NCBI GenBank assembly: GCA_031373665.1
Contig: JANMMZ010000085.1
Location: forward strand, 1,389 to 65,388
DNA from: Saprospiraceae bacterium
GTDB taxonomy: Bacteria; Bacteroidota; Bacteroidia; Chitinophagales; Saprospiraceae
Length of the DNA: 64,000 nucleotides
Direction of reading: 5' to 3'
Below the pieces are notes generated by a model. The model ran no database searches. It was not told the origin of the DNA and worked only from the letters and a program-made list of their open reading frames with translations. Positions 1 to 8,526 of the stretch are shown here, piece after piece (the stretch's first letter is position 1; each line of letters begins with the position of its first letter). Made by a program: the position numbers and the translations under genes.

Positions 1-985
1 GAAAAGATTGGGCGGTACTGAGGTTGATAAAATTGATGGCTGCCAACAGCAAGATAAAAGCCGCAATGCCCATCAGGCCGTACAAAGTGGGCAAATGTGC
101 CTTGCGCGAATAATTGTCTTGGCAATCCGCATCGAAATGCAAATCGGACAATGGCTGCAAGTCGGGTGTGAAAATAAATTCACCCGTAACATGCGCTTTG
201 GAAAACGCTGGGAATTGTGCCTCGATTTGCCCAAGGCTCGCGTTTTGATCTAATTTTACAAAAGCCTGTGAAGCCGACCAAACATCGTTCCATTGGGTCA
301 GATTGGTTTGATCTTTCAAAAAACTATTGGAAATGGTGCTGTAGGATAGAAAATCGGTGAATGTCAGGTCAGAATGCTGAGTCCAATCGCGCACGATGCC
401 TGCCACGCTCATCCGCAAAGAATCTTGATAAATGACTGTTTTGCCGATACATTCATCTGGCGAAAGATCACCAAAATACTGCTTTGCCTTTTTTTCAGAA
501 AGCACGACTTGGTGCGGCTCAATCAAGGCCGTTTTTGGGTTTCCGGCCAGCCATTCGTACTGAAATATCTTGAAATATTCAGGCTCCGCCAGAACGATTT
601 CGGCGGGGTCAGTATCCATGTTGCGGCGGTCAAACACCTTATTGGGCTTGTCCGTGTTGGGCACAGTGACCGCCGATTCAAAATTGATAAAGGCTGCCAA
701 ATGCTCCAAACCTGAAATTTCCGCCCGCATGGACTTCGGCAAAGCATATGGCACAAAACCTACCTTTTCTTCGTTGGTGTTGGCATCAAATTTCATGCGA
801 CCGACCACGCGATAAATCCGCTCCTTGTCAGGGTGAAAACGGTCAAAACTAAGTTCAAAACTCGTGATGCAATAAATAGCCAAGCACGCACTCACGCCAA
901 GCGTAAGACTCAATAGGTTGATAGCGGTGCTGGTTTTCCGCTTTTGGAGGTTGCGGAATGCGAGTTTGAAATGGTTTTGTAGCAT
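1..985 (-). CDS. ABC-transporter permease, duplicated FtsX/MacB type. N-terminal ~328 codons only; the 3' end lies beyond the window start.
   Basis: Not in the supplied ORF track because it is open at the window edge. My translation of the minus strand from the ATG at 985-983 gives MLQNHFKLAFRNLQKRKTSTAINLLSLTLGVSACLAIY...FDRFHPDKERIYRV...LMGIAAFILLLAAINFINLSTAQ. This is colinear with the N-termini of the full-length paralogues in the window. I saw no in-frame stop down to position 2. Confidence 0.75.
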   Translation of the reverse strand, partial: MLQNHFKLAFRNLQKRKTSTAINLLSLTLGVSACLAIYCITSFELSFDRFHPDKERIYRVVGRMKFDANTNEEKVGFVPYALPKSMRAEISGLEHLAAFINFESAVTVPNTDKPNKVFDRRNMDTDPAEIVLAEPEYFKIFQYEWLAGNPKTALIEPHQVVLSEKKAKQYFGDLSPDECIGKTVIYQDSLRMSVAGIVRDWTQHSDLTFTDFLSYSTISNSFLKDQTNLTQWNDVWSASQAFVKLDQNASLGQIEAQFPAFSKAHVTGEFIFTPDLQPLSDLHFDADCQDNYSRKAHLPTLYGLMGIAAFILLLAAINFINLSTAQSF

Positions 986-1061
986 GAGATATCGTTTTTT
1001 ATGTTTGATTGCTATTTGAAAAATGAATGACCAGAAAGGGCTTATCAGATGACTTCATAGA

Positions 1062-3443
1062 TCATTCGCTCCGCAAACTTTTCACCGGATTGGCCAAAGC
1101 CGCCCTCACACTCTGAAAGCCCACGGTGACCACCGCCACCAAAAAAGTAGTCAGCAAGGAGAGGCTAAAAATGCCAACACCGATAGATATTCGGTATTCA
1201 TAGGTCGCCAGCCAACCGTTCATCGCCCACCAAGCCACAGGGGCGGCCACCAAAAATGCAATAACGATCAGTCGAAGGTATTCTTTGCTAAAAAGCCAAA
1301 GTACCCCACCGACTGTTTCGCCCAAGGATTTTCGGATACCAATTTCTTTGCGTTTGCGAGCAACCATAAAGGCTGAAAGTCCATATAATCCTAGGCAACC
1401 GACAAAAATTGCAATGCCGGCAAAAGTACTTATCAAGCGCATAATCATGGTTTCTGTTTCCAAGAACTCTGCTAATTCTGCTTCCATAAATTTGGATTCA
1501 AAGCAATGGTTGGTATAATTATTTTCCCATATTTCTTTTATTTTAGCCAATGCTAGATTGGGATTACCGGGCTGCAACTCCACGGCACAAGTCGAAAAAC
1601 GCTCCATGTCGCTACCAATAGCAATCGCCGAAATCGGCATCGAAAGACTCCAGTTGTGGAAGTCGCGCACCACGCCAACAATGGGTGCACATACGCCATC
1701 TACACAGGCTTTTTTATTCAGTACTTCTTCTGGTGAAGCGAGGTTAAGTTTTTTTATAAATGTCTCATTGACAAGATATTCCCGGATAGTATCACTAATT
1801 TGAATGTTGCGGCCAGCCACAAGTTGCAGGCCAAATGTCTGCACATAATCGGCATCAGCAGGTTTGGTATTGAGCATCCATTTTTCACCTTCAGGGCGGT
1901 TGTCAAATGTTATACCCGTTTGATTATTGGAGCTGGAGGCAGGTGGCTGAAAGCACAAAGTCACGCTTTTTACCTCTGCTATGGCGGATAATTGTTGTTT
2001 TAGGGTTTTCATATTTGCGGGTTCGGGTACTTCCAGCGTCAGTATCGCGCCGGGTCGGAAACCCCAGTCGGCCTCCTGTGCAAAACGCATTTGAGCAATA
2101 ACGACCGCCGCTCCAATAATAAGCATTTGCGAAATAGCGAATTGAGAAGTCACTAAAACCCGTCGCAAAGAAAAACCGCCTATTTGTTGCGAGTTAATGG
2201 AGCCTTTTAGTGACTCGACCGTGCGGAAGCGTGCTTGCAAGAGGCCCGGATAAAATCCCGCCAAAATCGTAAGCAATACCCCAAGTGTTATTATAAATGG
2301 TACCAATACTTTCATACCCGCAACATCAAATAATAGATCAGTTTTTGTCCATGTATTGAGATACGGTAGTGCGAAAATGCTCAAAAGGCCGCCGATAAAT
2401 AAAGCCACCGTCACAATTATACCCGTCTCGAACATAAATTGCCAAAATAATTGCCCCCGTGTACTGCCCAAGGATTTTCGCACCCCCACTTCGCGCATCC
2501 GACCGAGCGCCTGTGCAGTAGCCATGTTGATAAAATTAACACACGCTGTCACTAGTAAAAACAAACCAATGAGTGCCAATGCCCAAAGGTGTTTTTTAGC
2601 CATTCCAGCACCATAATCTGTATCGAAATGCATCCCTAAAAAGGGTTTTGCTAAGTATTTGAATAAATCCAAACTCTCTGGATGTGGATGTTTTTTATTA
2701 AATTCAAGCAGCGCGCTTTCCAATTCACCGATACCATGACCCGCTCGAAGCAAGGCAAAACAGTAAGTACTGCTATTGATGCCACTCCAACGTTCGAGGC
2801 TGGGAGCATATTCCGGCATGGTATTGCGCGTGCTCCAAGAAACCAATATTTCTTGTGGATAATCGGTTGTTTTAGGTAGATTTTGCAGGATACCGACCAC
2901 GCGTACTTCCACTTTGTTGTCAAACTTGAAAGTCTTACCAATGGGGTCTTCGCTTTTAAAATATTTTAGGGCGATTTGTTCACTCAGAATAGCCGTATTA
3001 GGTTCTTGCATGGCTTGGAGGTCACCACGCAAGAGCGAGTAGTCCAATATTTCAAATATATTGGGCTGGACAAAAGCCATTTTACCACTTTCCCTATACT
3101 TTTCGGCGGTAGAACCGGCTTTAGGGATACTAATGACTACTTCATCCAGACTGGCAATCATCGCAGATTTTTCCACGCACGGCACTTCTGATTGTAAAGT
3201 AGTTGCCATCGGATTGGGTACACCCGGAATTGGAAACACCGTTTCGACATGGACTTCGGTAACAATCCTTGCAATGCGATCTCCCTTAATATGAAAAGTA
3301 TCGAAACTCAAATGATGCCGCAGCAACATGAAAATGAGTATGCATGAAGTGACACTTAGCCCCAACCCCATCACATTTAGCATGGCGTATGTGCTGTTTT
3401 TTCGGACGTTCCGAAGGGCGATGGTGAGGTAATTGGATATCAT
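1062..3443 (-). CDS. ABC-transporter permease, duplicated FtsX/MacB type
   Basis: 793-aa ORF. N-terminus MISNYLTIALRNVRKNSTYAMLNVMGL. Two FtsX-type signatures: MREVGVRKSLGS mid-protein and RKEIGIRKSLGE near the C-terminus. Large non-membrane domains follow TM1 and TM5. C-terminal ANPVKSLRSE. Confidence 0.9.
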   Translation of the reverse strand: MISNYLTIALRNVRKNSTYAMLNVMGLGLSVTSCILIFMLLRHHLSFDTFHIKGDRIARIVTEVHVETVFPIPGVPNPMATTLQSEVPCVEKSAMIASLDEVVISIPKAGSTAEKYRESGKMAFVQPNIFEILDYSLLRGDLQAMQEPNTAILSEQIALKYFKSEDPIGKTFKFDNKVEVRVVGILQNLPKTTDYPQEILVSWSTRNTMPEYAPSLERWSGINSSTYCFALLRAGHGIGELESALLEFNKKHPHPESLDLFKYLAKPFLGMHFDTDYGAGMAKKHLWALALIGLFLLVTACVNFINMATAQALGRMREVGVRKSLGSTRGQLFWQFMFETGIIVTVALFIGGLLSIFALPYLNTWTKTDLLFDVAGMKVLVPFIITLGVLLTILAGFYPGLLQARFRTVESLKGSINSQQIGGFSLRRVLVTSQFAISQMLIIGAAVVIAQMRFAQEADWGFRPGAILTLEVPEPANMKTLKQQLSAIAEVKSVTLCFQPPASSSNNQTGITFDNRPEGEKWMLNTKPADADYVQTFGLQLVAGRNIQISDTIREYLVNETFIKKLNLASPEEVLNKKACVDGVCAPIVGVVRDFHNWSLSMPISAIAIGSDMERFSTCAVELQPGNPNLALAKIKEIWENNYTNHCFESKFMEAELAEFLETETMIMRLISTFAGIAIFVGCLGLYGLSAFMVARKRKEIGIRKSLGETVGGVLWLFSKEYLRLIVIAFLVAAPVAWWAMNGWLATYEYRISIGVGIFSLSLLTTFLVAVVTVGFQSVRAALANPVKSLRSE

Positions 3444-3645
3444 ATTTTTAGATATTTAAACTGAGTTAATTTACTTTGGCTTCAGTGATTAATCCGATAA
3501 GCAAAGTCGGAGAGCCATTTATTCATGAAGTAGTAAGCATAATGATGTTATATTTTTGTTTGATAAATGTACTATCTTATTCAGGCAAGCCTTGAGCCAT
3601 TTATTCAAATAAATGATAATCATTATTTTATAAAATATTTTTTTG

Positions 3646-3696
3646 CATCATTGTGTTCACTTTCGCTCATCATGTGCGAAAGTGAACACAATGATG
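3646..3696. repeat. Perfect 21-bp inverted repeat with a 9-nt loop
   Basis: catcattgtgttcactttcgc (3646-3666) is the exact reverse complement of gcgaaagtgaacacaatgatg (3676-3696). The track ORF 3567..3761 is just a translation of this palindrome. Confidence 0.9.
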
Positions 3697-3896
3697 GGGA
3701 GGGGATTAGAGGCGGGCTTTTAGTACTACACAAGATAAAACGGGCTTTCCTAATTTTTTAATAAAATTTGGTTTTTTTCGTTAATGAATGTATGTATATG
3801 AGCAACCGGGCATATATCCACTGCATTTTTCAGTATCGCACAAGCATTTCTCAACCGATTCAATCAGAACTAGGGGGAAAACATACTATTTGACGG

Positions 3897-3971
3897 TTCA
3901 ATGATGGTGCAAATCCTACCCATCTGATGACTTCGAGTCATCAGATGGGTAGGATTTGCACCATCATTGAA
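3897..3971. repeat. Perfect 36-bp inverted repeat with a 3-nt loop, 20 nt downstream of the NTPase gene stop. Possibly a terminator or a REP-like element.
   Basis: Checked base by base: 3897-3932 pairs perfectly with 3936-3971 around the loop tcg. The arm ends carry CAATGATGG / CCATCATTG, a motif shared with the 3646-3696 palindrome. Confidence 0.9.
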
Positions 3972-3990
3972 TCATTATTTTCCCAGTTCC

Positions 3991-6504
3991 TTAAACCAAC
4001 CCAAATTTCCCCGATTGCTTCACTTTTTCCACGATTTCATGTACTGTTGGTAACACTTCGGGCGGGATCCGGAGCAAAAGGTTATCCTCTGTTTTATTGG
4101 TGAGGATCAAGGTCGCGTAATAGATCAATTCATAGCGACTTTTGAGCATCTTACCATGCGCGGCAGATTCAAACAATGATAACACAAGGTGCTTTTGTTC
4201 CAAACAGAGTAGATCAGTGAAGAACGCTTCAAGGTATTCACCTGCACTGATTTCAAGGACATGCGCTATTTTTTCGGGCAAACCATCCATTATGCCGTTC
4301 CAAATTTCGACGAGTACTACATGTTGATATCTACTCTTATCGCCAGATTGGGCATAATATGCCCGGATATACTCTAAGGCTTGGGGGGCTTGTTGATTGG
4401 TTGAGTAATACAAAATGGCCAAATTATTTAAGGCATTTACATGACCTTTTTCAATAGATTTTAAATACCAGGATTCTGATTCTGTGTTTTTGCCTTGTTC
4501 TCTATACAAGTTTGCCAAATTATACAGGGCATTTATATCGCCTTTTTCAATAGATTTTAAATACCAGGATTCTGATTCTGCGTTTTTGCCTTGTTCGCTA
4601 TACAAGTTTGCCAAATTATTCAAGGCATCTACATGACCTTTTTCAATGGCTTGTAAATAATAGGACTCCGATTCCGCGTTTTTGCCTTGTTCGCGGTACA
4701 AATTTGCCAAATTATACAAGGCATCCACATGACCTTTTTCAATGGCTTGTAAATAATAGGATTCCGATTCCGCTTTTTTGCCTTGATCGCGGTACAAGTT
4801 TGCCAAATTATACAAGGCATTCACATGACCTTTTTCAATGGCTTGTAAATAATAGGATTCCGATTCCGCTTTTTTGCCTTGATCGCGGTACAAAATGGCC
4901 AAATTATTCAAGGCATCTACATTGCCTTTTTTAATGGCTTGTAGATAATGGGATTCCGCTTCCTTATACTTTTTTAATTCATGGTAACAATACGCCTGTA
5001 AAAAGAACTTCACCCCGTCGGCTTCATTTTCGATTTCATCTATTTTTTTTAAGGCCGCTTCGTAGCGATTTTCATCCCAGAGTTGATCTATTTCTGCTTT
5101 GATTTCACTGTATTTTCTCGGCAGTTCGCTATCCAGTCCCATTTCTTGCTGGAGTGCTAAGGTCTTATCAATCAGTGCATCGCGCTCCTGAGTACTGATG
5201 TATTTTGATTGAGACAACCCTTTACTCAACACAAAAGCCTTGTCGTAGCGCAATTGCCCTGATCCCAAAGCGGTTAGGTGCTGGGTTGTTAGGTCTTTGA
5301 GTTCGGTCGCATCGTACCAAGATTCCAAAAAATGGGTTAGGTATTTAGCCCGTCTCTTTTGATCGGGATTGCCTTGGGTAACAATCAGCCACATATTGAA
5401 AAATCGCTCCGAGATTCGGTACAAATGATTTTTTTTGCCTGTCGCAATGGTTTCTACGATCCCATATTGCTCCAATTGTCGGAGGTAAGAAGCGATGAGT
5501 TTGCTTTCCATTCGGCATTTTTCTACCAATACCTTAGTAGGAGCGGCCTCCCACCAAAAAGCCATTTCTTGGACGATTTTGCGCTGGGCAGCCGTCAGGG
5601 TGTTGAGCCGCTCTTGGTAAAGCGGCGAGGCGTTGTCCATCACTTTGCGCAGGTAGTCGAAGCCGAACTGCTTGGCATCGTGGAGGAGGAGTTGGATAAA
5701 AACCTGAAGGGCGCGGGGGAGTCCGTCAGTCAGGATACGGATGGCCTCTATCCGCCCCCGATACTGTAGGGCGTAATCGTGTAACACAGGCAAGTCCATC
5801 TCCGCACTCCAATGATTGAGCAGTCGGTGTATCTCTTCAAATTGTAATCCTTCTAAGCGGTGTCGCCTGAAAAACTCGTAAAAAGGCTTATCATACTGCC
5901 AAAAATGTTCGTCCATGCGGGTGCTACCACCGATGATTTGTAGGTCGTTGTAGTTGAGCAGGGTTTCGCGCAGCAAGTTTCCGTCGTCGTCGAAGTTTTC
6001 GAGGATGCGATCCAAGTTGTCCAACAGTAACACAACCCTTTTGCCAGAACCTTGCAGCAATTGGTGTATCTCGGCATAGAGGTAGCGGGTATAAGCCGAA
6101 TTGTCTTCAAAATCGTCAAAGTCGCGTAGTTTGGGGGCTTTGCCAAACCGCAATTGGAGTTCATGCAATACTTCAAACCACAAATCGGAGAGCCGATAAA
6201 TAGATGCCTGTTCCTCGGCTAAATTGATGGCGATATAACGACTGGCGAGGTCAGTATCTTCGTCAATCTCGATTTGGATGCGGCGGAGGAGGGTTGATTT
6301 TCCGCTGCCGCGTCGCCCCAATATCAACTCATGCTGTACGGGATCGGCGGGCTTTTTGCGCCGCAATTCCGCCGTGATGAGTTCAAATTCAGCGATTCGG
6401 ATTAAAAAGTTGCGTTTAATAACCTCTGGGCTGCTATTGGCCGACTGGTATAGGCTGAGCCTGTCCAGAAAAGAGGTAGGGCCGCTTAGCGCATGGTTGC
6501 TCAT
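3991..6504 (-). CDS. STAND-like P-loop NTPase with a winged-helix-like segment and C-terminal Sel1/TPR-like repeats
   Basis: Walker A LGRRGSGKSTLL and Walker B VVLLLDNLDR. The C-terminal half has six 32-aa repeats, YYLQAIEKGHV(D/N)ALYNLANLYR(D/E)QGK(K/N)AESES. Start moved from 6708 to the ATG at 6504 (MSNHALSGP...). The longer ORF would overlap the upstream gene, whose stop is at 6524-6526. Confidence 0.8.
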   Translation of the reverse strand: MSNHALSGPTSFLDRLSLYQSANSSPEVIKRNFLIRIAEFELITAELRRKKPADPVQHELILGRRGSGKSTLLRRIQIEIDEDTDLASRYIAINLAEEQASIYRLSDLWFEVLHELQLRFGKAPKLRDFDDFEDNSAYTRYLYAEIHQLLQGSGKRVVLLLDNLDRILENFDDDGNLLRETLLNYNDLQIIGGSTRMDEHFWQYDKPFYEFFRRHRLEGLQFEEIHRLLNHWSAEMDLPVLHDYALQYRGRIEAIRILTDGLPRALQVFIQLLLHDAKQFGFDYLRKVMDNASPLYQERLNTLTAAQRKIVQEMAFWWEAAPTKVLVEKCRMESKLIASYLRQLEQYGIVETIATGKKNHLYRISERFFNMWLIVTQGNPDQKRRAKYLTHFLESWYDATELKDLTTQHLTALGSGQLRYDKAFVLSKGLSQSKYISTQERDALIDKTLALQQEMGLDSELPRKYSEIKAEIDQLWDENRYEAALKKIDEIENEADGVKFFLQAYCYHELKKYKEAESHYLQAIKKGNVDALNNLAILYRDQGKKAESESYYLQAIEKGHVNALYNLANLYRDQGKKAESESYYLQAIEKGHVDALYNLANLYREQGKNAESESYYLQAIEKGHVDALNNLANLYSEQGKNAESESWYLKSIEKGDINALYNLANLYREQGKNTESESWYLKSIEKGHVNALNNLAILYYSTNQQAPQALEYIRAYYAQSGDKSRYQHVVLVEIWNGIMDGLPEKIAHVLEISAGEYLEAFFTDLLCLEQKHLVLSLFESAAHGKMLKSRYELIYYATLILTNKTEDNLLLRIPPEVLPTVHEIVEKVKQSGKFGLV
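4375..4950 (-). repeat. Six tandem 96-nt (32-codon) near-identical coding repeats of Sel1/TPR-like type
   Basis: Unit phase read directly: HY at 4950-4945 and the next YY at 4854-4849, so the period is 96 nt. Units are nearly identical at nucleotide level. The antisense track ORFs 4608..4934 and 4629..4820 are periodic shadows of this array. Confidence 0.9.
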
Positions 6505-6523
6505 ATTTGTCTGATGTGGGTAT

Positions 6524-7711
6524 TTATGCTTCATATACTGGGTTGTCGCGCTTCCAAAATGCTTGTAAAAAAGGAGAAATAAATACAAATCGGCCGCCCA
6601 AGTCAGTGATGTAACCGTCCTGTTCGAGGCCGCCCACCAATTCCATATATGTGTCTTTTTTGTTGTGCTTGATGGCCAAATCGTACAATTGTCGCGGGTT
6701 GATCTCATTTCGATGAGCGATATACACCAGTGTTTCCATCAAAAATGCGACATCCTCCTTGGTAAAATAGTCAGAGAGGCGGTTTTTCCATTCCTTGAAA
6801 TGGTCGCTGTTTTTGACCACCTTCTCAAAGGCATCATCAATATGTTGTGGCGTAATGACGATATTGTTTGCTTTTCGCGCAGCCCGGTTGATCTCATCCA
6901 ACATCAGGTTGAGAAAATAAGGAATGAAATAGTTGATCTTAGAAAGCAAGTGTTGGGTAAGAGGATCATCGTATTGAACACTAGCACTTTGGGTGGCCCA
7001 GTTGACATAATCGGCCGCTTCGCTAGGTGTCAATGCCTCGAAGGGTACGATCCCAAAGTCATTGATATCGGAAGTGCGCCCTTCTATAGTCTTCACGATG
7101 TGGTGAATGCCGACCGAACCTGCCAATACCAAACTAAAATGTTGTCGGATTTCTGGGTTTTGTCGCCACTCGCGCAGGCGATCCAAAATGCCGCTCGCTT
7201 CATTTTGTTTGCCTTTTTTATATAGATTGTTCAATATTTCGGGCAATTCATCCAAAAGCAGCACGACCTTTACCTTGTTTTGACCAATTTTGGGCAGAAT
7301 CTTATTGATTTCTTCCACGTAATTGATGGGCTTCTTTTCGCCAAATTTTACGCCCTCCAAGGTGATTTCTTCCACAGTAAGGTGTTTGAGGAGGTCGCCG
7401 AGCCAGTTTTTACCTTTTTCAAACTTGCTCAAACATTGTACGATCAGTTCAAAAAACTCTTTGTAAAACTCCGCTTCTGATTGTACGCCTTGTATATTTT
7501 TGAAAATACAACGGGTGTCCTGCGGGCAGTTTTTTTGCATGGCCAGCATGACCGATGATTTGCCCACCCTACGCGGGGCGGCCAAAAGCACATGATTGCC
7601 CTTCTGGGTTTCGGCCCATATTTGCGCCTCTATATCTGGGCGTGGGAAGTAATAATCTCCGATGGCGGTGTTTCCGATGATGATTTTCGGGTCTTTCCAA
7701 GTGGTGCTCAT
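6524..7711 (-). CDS. P-loop ATPase (archaeal-ATPase/AAA-like) with a C-terminal winged-helix-like region
   Basis: Walker A LLAAPRRVGKSSVM and Walker B VVLLLDELPE. Start placed at the ATG at 7711 (MSTTWKDPKIIIGN); the 17-codon upstream extension is unsupported. The gene ends 19 nt before the start of the next NTPase gene. Confidence 0.75.
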   Translation of the reverse strand: MSTTWKDPKIIIGNTAIGDYYFPRPDIEAQIWAETQKGNHVLLAAPRRVGKSSVMLAMQKNCPQDTRCIFKNIQGVQSEAEFYKEFFELIVQCLSKFEKGKNWLGDLLKHLTVEEITLEGVKFGEKKPINYVEEINKILPKIGQNKVKVVLLLDELPEILNNLYKKGKQNEASGILDRLREWRQNPEIRQHFSLVLAGSVGIHHIVKTIEGRTSDINDFGIVPFEALTPSEAADYVNWATQSASVQYDDPLTQHLLSKINYFIPYFLNLMLDEINRAARKANNIVITPQHIDDAFEKVVKNSDHFKEWKNRLSDYFTKEDVAFLMETLVYIAHRNEINPRQLYDLAIKHNKKDTYMELVGGLEQDGYITDLGGRFVFISPFLQAFWKRDNPVYEA

Positions 7712-7822
7712 TTTAGCAATAAATTTGTTGTTAAAAATATTTGACCGCAAAGTTATTGCCAATAATTTATAACAACAAATTTATTGCTAAAAATTATTAT
7801 TATTTTTTGAAACTTAGATTCC

Positions 7823-8029
7823 CTACTCACTCCGCAACGCCCTCACCAGATCCATCAAAGCCGCTCGCACCGCCTGACCACCTACCGTCAAAAACGTAAT
7901 CACCACCGCGATCAAACCCGCCACTACGAACATCCACCATTGAATATCAGTGCGATAGGCAAAATCGGAAAGCCATTGGTTCATAAAATAATACGCAATC
8001 GGCAAAGCGATGACAATAGCGTAAGACCA
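7823..8029 (-). pseudogene. 3' remnant (last ~69 codons) of a duplicated-FtsX permease paralogue
   Basis: Translation is ..AIVIALPIAYYFMNQWLSDFAYRTDIQWWMFVVAGLIAVVITFLTVGGQAVRAALMDLVRALRSE*. This matches the last TM helices and tail of the intact paralogues. The in-frame stop TAG lies at 8032-8030, so no upstream ~730 codons exist. Confidence 0.85.
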
Positions 8030-8057
8030 CTATAAGAAAATTGGTTTGTACGTTATC

Positions 8058-8522
8058 CTATTTGTCTTTGATTTTTTCTTCATTTTTAGGAAATGGTCGC
8101 CAAGTATAACTTTTCTGGACGATCTTCCAAGCACCTTGGTATTTGAGTAGCAAAAAATAGTCCGTAAAAATCCGCCAATTGGGCACTACTATTTCCGCTT
8201 TGGCCATGGCTGCGTTGTGCTCATAATCTATCGAAATAATCCTTCCAATTCGGTTCGCTTTTTCACCCGCCTTGATATTTGCAATGTATACCTCTCCTGA
8301 CCGAATCCTCAAACTATCCGTTTCGGTGACGGTATATAGGTTAAAATCAGGATGAAATGCCTTTTTTAACCGCTCCGGTTCGCCATTTGCGGTTCCTTCA
8401 ATATAGTCCATCAGCGTTTCGGAAATCTGTTGGATTTCTGATTTGCTATTTTCGGTTTGGGCATTCACGCCCACTGCTGCAGTGAGCATTAAACCAATGA
8501 GTACAATTTTAAATAATTTCAT
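8058..8522 (-). CDS. Secreted NTF2-fold (lumazine-binding-like) family protein
   Basis: ATG at 8522 gives MKLFKIVLIGLMLTAAVGVNAQ, a signal peptide. The ~130-aa body has the family-typical C-terminal WKIV. The assignment rests on recollection of family patterns only. Confidence 0.45.
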   Translation of the reverse strand: MKLFKIVLIGLMLTAAVGVNAQTENSKSEIQQISETLMDYIEGTANGEPERLKKAFHPDFNLYTVTETDSLRIRSGEVYIANIKAGEKANRIGRIISIDYEHNAAMAKAEIVVPNWRIFTDYFLLLKYQGAWKIVQKSYTWRPFPKNEEKIKDK

Positions 8523-8526
8523 TTTT

